Part shown: positions 54,515 through 64,000 of the stretch, piece after piece | How positions within the stretch are numbered: the stretch's first letter is position 1 | How the letters are laid out: each line of letters opens with the position of its first letter | Source of the DNA: Vermamoeba vermiformis | Taxonomy: Eukaryota | DNA length: 64,000 nucleotides | NCBI GenBank assembly: GCA_045837725.1 | Contig: JBEWZL010000238.1 | Location: 62,001-126,000 of the forward strand | Direction: 5' to 3' | The notes under the pieces: model-generated | Database searches by the model: none | What the model was told of the DNA's origin: nothing | Seen by the model: the letters and a program-made list of their open reading frames with translations, nothing else | Made by a program: the position numbers and the translations under genes

Positions 54515-55972
54515 TTACAATGAGACTTGCGTGACAGACACAACAGGCGGCGTTTGTTGTGAGGAGCCGAAGAATCCTTTGTTCGTGCGCGGATAATAAG
54601 CACCCCACGACTCGACAGAGGTAAGTGGTCCTTTGAAGGCCATCGTGTCAACGGGCGTGAAGTCACTCAAACGGAGCTTGTACAGGTGGCGCGGTGTGTT
54701 CATGTACATGTAGGTCTTGTCAGTGTTGATCCAAGCGCTGTAAAACGGACCTTCGTTGCGCGTGTTGGGCACATCCAGCACTTTGTCGACGGCCATTGTG
54801 TTGCGGTCCAGTCTGAACACGACATTGTCAGCTTGCATGCCGTTCGAGGCGTTAGTGCACGCTAAGTAGATCCACTTGTCGTCCATCAGAATGTTGTCGG
54901 GGAAGATGATCTGATCCGCGCCAGGACCGAGGTTGAGGAGTGTTTTTGTGGTCTTGCCGTCACTCAAGCTGACTTTGTAAATAGTTGGCGGGAAGTTGGG
55001 GGCAATGTACGCGACACCATCTTCGACGTGCATATTTGAGCCACCGCCTAATTGATCTGCTTCGTATTGATATTGCGCGACAACCTTCTCTTGTTGCAGA
55101 TCTACTTTCCACACGGACTTTTTGTCGAGATAATAGCCGTATTGACCCTGTGCATCACTCCATGCATCCAAGAAACCGTGTGATGGGATGGTCAATGTTT
55201 GTTTGACTTTCCATTGCTACAATAATGATATTAGTTTTGTTGCAATAAATTAAAAGCAAATCCGCACCTTTCTGTCAACAACAGCGAGCCAAGAAGTTTC
55301 ATCGCAACCATAACACCATCCTAATTATGCGTATATCAGTAAAGAATGTTCAAGCGTAATTTCTTAATTCACAGTGGAAAGTTCAGCAATTCAATTTCGA
55401 TCTGACAAACTTTCAGAATTTCTTCGATTAAATCGGTGATTACGCATTTGAATATTTAATATTTGGACTCACCTTGACCAACAAAAACCTTATCAGGTGT
55501 AATAACAATGCCAAAAGCCAAGCGGGTTGAATCTGGGCCGGCACCAACCTTAATGGCATTATTGACGCCTTTTTGGCCTTGACTTTCAGCATCAAACTTC
55601 CACAAATATTGACCGTCTGATGCGAAACCTGCGAGAGAAAAATATTAAGTCAAGTTGGAAAATTCAGAAAAATCATCAATTAATTCCAGTAGAGGACAAA
55701 TAACAAAATACATACAGGAGCATTTAGTATGGTATTTTGGAATATCATTCGTATTAATGAGAATTATTTGAATTCTTACCTTCAGTAGAATTTCCGGATT
55801 TGTCAACTTGAATCGTGGCCACAAATGACCAGAATGTCGAGGTCTGATTGATGCCCAATAAGAATGCAGAGTCTATTTTCATGTTGCCATCTTGACTTTC
55901 AACAGCATTGCCGAGACTGGATGCAGCCAATCCAATGATTAGCAGCGCAGCGCAGATAGTACGAGTTTTCAT
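54515..55972 (-). CDS. Secreted beta-propeller-like protein of unknown function
   Basis: Signal peptide MKTRTICAALLIIGLAASSLG; repeated aromatic beta-strands (VWKVDL, IYKVSL, VFRLD, LYKLRL); three introns. Confidence 0.7.
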
Positions 55973-56526
55973 GATTAGAATTTATACAATGTTATGTGCT
56001 ATGGTGTTGCACTGTTGTTTAAAATGCTTCTCTTTTCGTTTCAGGTTTTTGTTTGCGTTCCCAAGATTTCGCGCAGAATTTCCGAGCGGAGCAAGATCTT
56101 GGGAATCAAATAGTTACGCACACGTCACCACTCCACGGTCTATGTAATGGTAGCTATGCTCTTTCCCTGTCGATGCCATACCCAACAATCCATCAGATCG
56201 GATCAGATCCCTGCAGCTTTGATCATTTGTATATGCAGCCGTAATGTTGTAAGTACATCGCTGGCAACAAAATATTGACTATAAGATCGATGTCAATATT
56301 ATTGTTTGTAATGTTCGCGTATAAACTTTATTTATATGATTACAAGTATAATTTACATATATTACTATCTAGCTATCAATATCTCGCACAAACCTCGCCA
56401 TTCAAACAACATTATGGCTCGTCAAGCACGCACTCGACTAGTTCTTATTAATATCCAAATGCGACTACGAGCACAATATTGTTCTAATGGCCAATGAGCG
56501 TGCCAGATCCGCTCTCACGAGGCCAA

Positions 56527-57703
56527 TTATTTTTTGAAGATCTTCATCCAGCTGTCAATGTCTTTCTCCGCGTGACTCTTGTCCACAAACTGCTTGTTGT
56601 CCGTCGTGTTGTCAATGCCTTGTTGTTTTTGCACTTTTTTGACGACGGGTGAGGCAGCAGGACTGTTCTGCGAGGCCACTGCAGCTGAAGGCACGGTCAG
56701 ATCTGCGCCTGACGACTTTCTGTCACGTGGTGCAGGCGATGAATTGTTGGACGATCGATCGAGATTTGTTCCGCTGTTCGCTGTGGGCAGACTGGGATTG
56801 GACGTGCTGCCTGCTGGGGCACTCGACGGACCACTGCCGGTATTGCCGCCCTTCTTGGCGAAGATGTTCATCCAGCTGTCCACATCTTTCTGCGCGACTG
56901 ACTTGTCGACGAACTGTTTGTTGTCTGTCGTGTTGTCGATCTTCTTGGGGGCCTGCGGGGTAACCACAGCTATTTTTGGAACAAGGGCATTAATATAATG
57001 GACCGTACAACGCGCCATAATTAACTCAATATCATTAATTTACGCTATATTATCGTAAAATGAATATTAAATTGTGGCAAATAATAGCTATTGTAACGTG
57101 TTAAGGAACAGACGCTGAGTTTGACAAGTATTATTCATATCTCCATTCCAATTCAACCACAAAATAATCAAAACTATTAATCGAGCATTATTTGCAGTAG
57201 CGATAATTTTTAAAGCTCGCGCGTAAATGAGTGCTAACGAAGACTTACCTTGTGCGTTATTAAGAGCGGCCAACATGCTTTGTAAGGCCTCATATAGGTG
57301 TTTGTATCGAGACTCTAAATCGTCTTTCGCTTTACGTTCATTTTTTAATTTTTTTGTCAATTTCTTAACGCGCTCTTGTAATAGAACTGGATTGTTATCG
57401 TCATCCACCGGCGGTGTTGTTGGTTCGTCACTATTCAATAATAAATATTATATTAGTCCATAGAATTTATTTATGGCTTTAATAGAAGTGCTATTCGAAA
57501 TTTAATAATTCGGCCGGATCTAAAATTAAATTTAATTTGTGTCGTTACGCATTTCACATCAGTGAATCCTAAGAAATTAATACCACAAAGACATATCTAA
57601 GTAAATAATTACTGTTTAAGACTCGTACTCGTGGAGTACAAGCCACAACGTTAATGAGTAAAACTTGAATTGCACATTAAAGTAAGACTTACACTGCAGC
57701 CAT
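56527..57703 (-). CDS. Orphan protein: coiled coil plus a duplicated ~30-aa motif
   Basis: Spliced MAAVDEPTTPP...LQERVKKLTKKLKNER...; IDNTTDNKQFVDKSxAxKDxDSWMxIF occurs twice. Confidence 0.75.
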
Positions 57704-58048
57704 TTTCTATTTACAAAATGCAATGTGGCCGTACGACGGGAATATAATGAAGAATTTCCAAGCTCGGTTACCGTTGTATTTTGGTATCAATCTCCCGCGA
57801 GATTTTTTACTGCGGCAAGCTTAGCCATAGAACAACATACTTCCTTAAATCAAAGTAGAACTGTTAACATAATATACACATTATGTAAGGTTAGATTAAG
57901 TGATATAGTTCTGTGTGGATCGCATTTTGCCTCGCGATCGAATCGCGTGACTCCTCGTAGGTTGCCTGTCGGTTTTCCGAAGAGCCAAGAAAATGAGCAT
58001 TATTTTATGCTTCGAACAGTACGAACAATATATAAGGCGATTAATACA

Positions 58049-59531
58049 ATGTCATTAAAGCGAAAGATCAAACAAATTGATTCAATAGAAATCAAAGAAG
58101 AGAAAGTTACGCCAAATAAGCGTCAAAAAAAGCACATAAAAATCGAATTTGAAACAGTGAAGACTGAGAACCTGCCTGATGTTCAAACCGTCTTCGATCT
58201 GCTCGCTAAAAAATACGGCAAGCCAACCATACTCAAATCAGGAGCTAGTGAAAGCACTTGTGGGCGAAAGGAAACATTATGCGAGGCTTCAGGTACAATA
58301 ACCATAATAATACTAAAGTGGTGCTAAATTTTTACGATTAGTTGCCTTGATCCTGTCACAAAATACAAGCAACACGAATTCAAACCGCGCATGGGTCTCA
58401 TTAGTAAACAAGTTTGGTACAATGGACAATGTTAGAGTTGCGCGAGTGGAGGACATTGAAGAGGCAATTAGATCTGGGTACGTGTCAATTTCAGGACGTC
58501 AATATTTAGTCCTAACTGTACTCTGTATATAGGGGCCTCGCCAATGTCAAAGCCAAGCGCATTAAAGCATTCCTCGAAGAAGTTAACGACCGTAAGCACG
58601 TCCATCGCACCGTTCGTGAATACTGATCGTGCTGTTCAATCAGGATACGGCGAGACGAGCATTGAGTTCTTGCGCACAAAGCCCATCGATGAAGTGCGCG
58701 AGACCTTGTTGTCGTTTAAAGGCATAGGTCCGAAGTGTGCTGCGTGTTTGATGAGCTTCTCGATGGATCTGCCTGAATTTGCAGTGGTAAGTCATAGCTG
58801 TGCTATCATCAACAGTTGTTTGCTCAACACTAGTTGAGAATTGATTATGAATGTCACAGACACTCCGCGGAGGTAGACAAACAAATGTCCGAAAATTCCT
58901 CGCGCAGCGGTCCGCGATAAGAATTTCCATGTGCCGAGCTCCGAACTTTCTGTTTTGGACTGCGTTGATTGGTGGATTTCAATGGCGTCTAAGAATAGAA
59001 AGTTCTATGGCCGCACGGCACCGCTGTGAATCCTTCTATTGCCCGTACTCAGCTTCTAATTCTGCACTCACAATAGGACACGCACGTGCATCGGTTGTGC
59101 AATCGCATCGGATGGGTCTCAACAGGGGCCAATCGCGACAAGACCTATGCTATCATGGCGAATATCATACCCGATGATATCAAGGTACGCGTATCGAATG
59201 TCATCCGTTCCAAGCATCTGAACTGACTTGCAACAATGACCAGTTAGCCATGCACGTGCTGCTGATCAAGCACGGTCGATTGACATGCAAAGCAGGCAAG
59301 CCTAACTGCGGGGACTGTCCGCTGACCCAACACTGCAAGTTCTACAAGTTGAACAAAGAGGCGCTAGAGAAGGGCGAGGTGAGTGACGACGACGATAAAG
59401 AAAATGTCAAGGAGAATGCCGCGGTGCTGGTGATGAGTCCGCGCACGCGACAGATCAAAAAGAACATGAACGTCAGTGAGAGCTCTGATGAGGCTGATGA
59501 TGACGCTGATTACAACGAAGAGTTGTTTTAG
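58049..59531 (+). CDS. HhH-GPD DNA glycosylase (endonuclease III-like) with 4Fe-4S motif
   Basis: LSQNTS, AIRSGGLANVKAKRIK, LLSFKGIGPKCAAC, AVDTHVHR, HGRLTCKAGKPNCGDCPLTQHC. Confidence 0.9.
58854..59029 (+). ncRNA. Candidate structured intronic RNA in a 290-nt glycosylase intron
   Basis: Closing TCACAG/CTGTGA, GTGCCG/CGGCAC, ~25-bp hairpin 58943-59005 with G-U pairs on the sense strand. Confidence 0.4.
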
Positions 59532-59577
59532 TGCTGTTGATAGCAATATATAATACAAGTCTTATAATACATTCATT

Positions 59578-60951
59578 CTAGCTATATTTAGCTGTTGTTC
59601 TTCGTGGTCGTTTGTTCGCGCGAGAAGTACTGTCATCTTCGTCCATGATCTCGATTTGAATGGTCACTTTCTCTTCGCGTTTTCTTTTCCTCGAATTATT
59701 ATCGCTGCTATTTTCATTACGAGCAACTTTGCTATTGTTATTGGCCGGCTCTTCATCGAGTACAATTGGCTCTGCTGCGTTTGTAAAACTTTGCAATCGT
59801 TCGGAGATCCATTTCGATTCATCTTTGGCATTGTGCTTATTATAGAACGCTAATAATAGGTCATATGTCTGTTTCACTGTTGCGCCAGTCAATGCCGTCA
59901 CTTTGTGCAAGCAAACAGGGCACAAATGAATGGGCTGGGCAAAGTCTTCTTCTAAATGACCAGATCCGTTCATAATACACGCGTAATAAGAGCAGTGGTC
60001 CATGCCGAACATGTGGCCTATTTCGTGCACCATAATCTTGCAGCTGCGTAGTAACAGAATGCGCCGATCTGCATCCGTGTAAACGAGCTTTTTCTTTTTC
60101 TTTTCAGAGCGCAACACTCGAGCATCGAAATTAGGGTCGTAGCGCGTGAAGCTAAATATAGCTGCGCCATTGCCGCCGAATGCCATGCCTGCTGTAAACG
60201 CATCTGTGTTGCCGTCGTACAAATCCTCCATTGTAACTGCCAGCTGTTGAAAGATTGGTCAGCACTTGGATAAGAACAGGTATTATATAGTAATGTTGGT
60301 ATTAACTTTTTAAAGCCCCTTGATTCAACAGAAAGTTACTTACGAGACAGATGCCGTCGTCAGGAATGATGTCCACTAAATAGCTCAACAAATCAGCTAC
60401 TTTGAATTGTCTGTGTGTATCTTCAGTCTTCTCTTCGTAATAACGGTGACATTTGCGCCACGTGATCGGCACCAGTTCTCCATCCGCTGTTTTCAGGTAG
60501 TACTTGTTGCCTTTCTGCTCAAAATTGAGTGGAGGCAATCGCTTAGTTACGAAGGGTGCGTAGAAGGCGTTGCAGTATTCAGCTAGAGCATCCAACGAAG
60601 GCGCATTTTGGTCAAAAGTCCCGATCGGCAACAAATAAATCGTTTTCTTTGTTGTCGTCAACAACTTGCGACGTCCAGCGAACTTCTTCCAACCATCGAA
60701 CGACTGTATCTCGGGTGCGTATTGTGCAAGCCAATCATCGATGTGCGTTGGCGTTGGAATCGGTTTGAAGAACTTTGGATTTGGTTGAAACTCTGGTAAT
60801 TCAATTTAACACCAATAATCTGAAAATTATTTACTAATTGTAGCTTACCTATAGGAATATTATTATCACCGAATCCGATGGCCTTGATTTTTCTGTCTTC
60901 CGTTGGTAATAATGCTTTATGAGCAAATCCGACCTTTTTTGATCGTGACAT
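59578..60951 (-). CDS. Archaemetzincin (peptidase M54, AMZ2-like)
   Basis: HEIGHMFGMDHC zinc motif, CIMNGS, LCPVCLHK; IFSFTRY. Confidence 0.9.
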
Positions 60952-61126
60952 TGGATTTGTGGTATTTGGCTTTCTATTAATTGAATAATAATTGTCACAC
61001 TACATCATTCTCTTAAATGTTGTTTGCTGAGCGTCACTTCAAAAAAAGCTGTTCAAAAATTGGGCGCGAACAGATTGGACTGTTCACGTGCTCCTACAAA
61101 GTGAAGGCCACACGTCAGTACTACAA

Positions 61127-61552
61127 ATGGGAGATCCAAGTGCTACAGAATATTGTTTCAAGAACGAAATAAGGAGGAATAAGCAGCACGCAGATCCAGA
61201 CCTGAACTCGTTGCTCGAATTCTTTCAAGCGGCGGGTGCGTTCTATAATTAAGTAGTACATCGAAACTAATTTCTATCGTCAGAAATTAATGTATTCGAC
61301 TCTATCAATCGCTTTCAGAACCTTATTGAAGATTGGAAAGCCCTCACCGACAGATTCAAACAGCCGAATGAGCCAGTACACGATGTTAAGTCTGAGAATG
61401 TAAGTGCTCAGATTCGACTATAGTTTGAGACCAATCAATTATAATAGGAAGATAATACTGAGCTCGAGATACAGCGCTGCTTAGTCAAGCTGTTTGAGAT
61501 CGATCACCAGATCCTCATGAAGAGGTGCCACGAGCAACGACCGCCAAAGTAG
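61127..61552 (+). CDS. Small three-exon orphan protein (~109 aa)
   Basis: Two canonical GT-AG introns give an open frame MGDPSATEYCF...QAAEINVFDS...SENEDNTELEIQRCLVKLFEIDHQILMKRCHEQRPPK*. Confidence 0.65.
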
Positions 61553-61909
61553 GCATAATCTTGCCATATTAATTCGACTATGTCTTTTATATTCCAATAA
61601 CAATAAAGAGAGCCTCAAAATCAATCAGGGCACTGAAAAAATTTTATGGCGCGTGCTCTCAGCCATTTGTTGATAGAACGACCACGAGTATAGCACTAAG
61701 ATATTAAATAGTATCACGTAAGTATTGGCTTTAAGTTATTATGGTTTAAACGCTAATTATGTGTTCTCTATTTTTAGTAACGCCGATCGATATTTTAATT
61801 TATTCTTGTGCAACTAATAATTCGCACTTAATTAATTATACGCATATTTATTAACTTGCCATACTTTTTTCGTAAAATAAATAATTAACGAATTTTTCTG
61901 TCTTACAGC

Positions 61910-63303
61910 ATGAATGCGTTACTCGTGCAGGTCGAAGACCTGATTAATAACAAAGAAAACCTATACATTGGCATTGCCATCGTATTTTGGTTTTTTATGC
62001 GCACGTATTTAATTAAAGTCAACACTGTAAGTATTCATTTCTGGATCTGCCAAGATCAAAATCGGCCCGTTACTTATTGGTGATGCTTATAGGTGCTGGC
62101 TCGCAAAATCAATCCAAATATTAAAGAAAAGAAAACATTCAAGTTTGCCGAATCATTTTTCTTCTTATTTTATTATTCCATTACATGGGCAGTTGGCATG
62201 TACCTCTTGCAAGAGACTCCTTATTTGTGGGATAGCAGGTATGTAATATTACTATTATTATGATATTATTATACGATACTATTCAATTCAACCTCGAAAT
62301 AATTTCCACCGCTTCAATTTCCAATCGTTTTCTTTCCGTTATTAATTGCGCTTATTCTAACACCAGCCATTTTTGGAAATTGTATCCGCACGGCATGTCG
62401 ACGCTGTTCAAGGCCTACTACTTGGGCCAATTAGGTTTCTATCTCTCAGCCATTGTGTTCGAGTCTGGTCTGTTCACCAACATGCGCAAGAACTACAAGG
62501 ACCGTTACATCATGATCACGCACCACCTTGTCACTTCGGGCCTCATTTACTTGTCTTACGTGCGAGGGTAAGTATACGAACTATACGGCATAGTAATTGA
62601 TGATAACACAAATTATATACCGCTTTATTAAGATCCGGATCCAATTTCAGCCTCGGGATCTCCTTTTGACTTATAGACAATAGGAGTTATTAACACTATA
62701 TGACTGGTAATATTATCGATACTAACAATCATATCATTGTCCTTTAGTTTCCAACGCATCGGCCACATGGTGTTCGTGTTGCACGACGTGAGTGACATAT
62801 TGCTGGAGCTGTCCAAGAGCAGTCACTACACGGACTTCACAGTGTTCAAATTTGAAATCAAAAACGTCTTGTTCGCGGCATTTGCAGCCGTGTTCTTTGT
62901 CAGTCGATTGGTGATCTATCCGTACCACTGCATTCGTAGCGGATTGTAAGTCATCAGATGGATATTCAACGAGAATACTAATTATAAAATGGCAGGTACG
63001 AGACCTATATGTATTTAGAGGACACTACTGGTGTGTTTACATCGAACGTGTTGATGATTGTTTTGCAGGTAAGATCCGGATCTACAATCAGTTGTGGTTA
63101 TTGATCTAATGTCATATTCGTAGTGCTTGCACGTATATTGGTTCTTCTTGATTATGCGTATGATCGTTCGTGCGTTCAAAGAGAAAAAGCTCGAAAAAGA
63201 CATCCGCTCTGACGACGAAGAAGGACTTTCAGACGAAGAGCCACACGAAAAGACCAAAAAGACTAAGACTAACGGCACCACTAGAAAGCGCAAGGATAAT
63301 TAA
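61910..63303 (+). CDS. TLC-domain ceramide synthase (LAG1/LAC1 family)
   Basis: KFAESFFF, KDRYIMITHHLVT and LHDVSDILLE (Lag1p motif), FFVSRLVIYP, LHVYWFFLI, DIRSDDEE. Confidence 0.92.
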
Positions 63304-63457
63304 TTAATTAAATTGAAATTTACCCCTGAATGTTGAATTCATTCTGGATGTACAACTAAAGAACTATTTGCATCAACAGCCGCATATTTACTATAGTAAC
63401 ACTCGCTCGAGCTAAAAACAAAAATTCTAAACGTATTCAATTAATGTCATATAGCAT

Positions 63458-64000
63458 TTAGGCTATCAAAGGTTGTCTCGTCGGATCCGCTCGTCGTGTG
63501 CGCACAAAGAAGAATATGACACCGCCAACAAGGGCAACACCCAATACTATTCCAACAATGATCAGAATAATTTCTGCACTGTTCGATTGGTCTTGTGTCG
63601 AGGGCTGACTCGTCGGTGAGTGTTGTTGACACTGTGCTGCGTGCTGAGCGATGGTTAGCGCTGCAGTAGTGGTGCAAATAAGAACCTTACCGCAATGGCG
63701 TACGTCTCATTCTGCAAGTGATTCAAGTAGCCCAACTGTTGCTTTGTGAATGCGTTGAGCTGGTTGCAATTCAAGTATGAGATTTGCAGCGGCGTCAGAT
63801 TGTGGACTTGAGCCTCCGTGATGGCTGGAATAATGGCCGCATTAATGGCCGCAAAGCTAATAGGACTGATTGCTCCGAATGCAACTGGTGACAGCTCTCG
63901 AAGTTGATCGGCACTGATGGCTGACACTGTGTCGTTGGTGAAGTATTGAGTGTGTGATTCGTTGAATAGTTTGAAGTCAGCAGCCGAAATCAAAGGCACG
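63458..64000 (-). CDS. 3' end of a single-pass membrane protein with short helical repeats
   Basis: ISADQL/ITEAQV/LTPLQI/FTKQQL repeats, TM IILIIVGIVLGVALVGGVIFFFV, cytosolic tail ending DPTRQPLIA (dileucine-like sorting signal). Confidence 0.7.

Noticed and set aside
57095..57110. Perfect U12 branch motif TTCCTTAAC on the minus strand in an intron of the repeat-motif gene
   Set aside because: The intron has a U2 donor (GTAAGT) and the in-frame acceptor lies ~130 nt further on; no U12 donor was found
58885..59060. RNase MRP/P RNA in the glycosylase intron (GTCACA, GAAAATTCCTCG)
   Set aside because: No complementary CR-V strand to form P4

Overview
Gene-dense, intron-rich nuclear DNA of a eukaryotic microbe, probably a free-living protist such as an amoebozoan; the species cannot be assigned from sequence alone. 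Introns are short GT-AG type with CTRAC-like branch points, the standard code fits, and many gene pairs are head-to-head 100-350 bp apart. About 29 protein genes are supported: an ABCG half-transporter with a very large Cys-rich ectodomain, Sds22, Roadblock/LC7, a KCTD9-like BTB-pentapeptide protein, eIF2-alpha, VDAC, an alpha/beta hydrolase, mL53-like, MetAP2, PPAT, a START protein, RPL9, IRE1, a CYP4-like P450, V-ATPase subunit a, AsnRS, an ELMO-domain protein, JMJD5, an STE20 kinase, xanthine dehydrogenase, an HhH-GPD glycosylase, archaemetzincin, ceramide synthase and several orphans. Non-coding highlights are (1) a U12-type (minor spliceosome) intron, (2) a ~1.3 kb nested foldback palindrome with an adjacent frameshifted gene fragment, (3) two unexplained structured-RNA candidates, one just downstream of XDH and one in an enlarged glycosylase intron, (4) an intronic C/D snoRNA candidate, and (5) dense palindromic motifs (Mcm1/CArG, MEF2, E-box, TTCASTGAA) inside gene bodies. 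Gene coordinates are whole-gene spans from exon-intron structure inferred by eye, and some start codons are uncertain.
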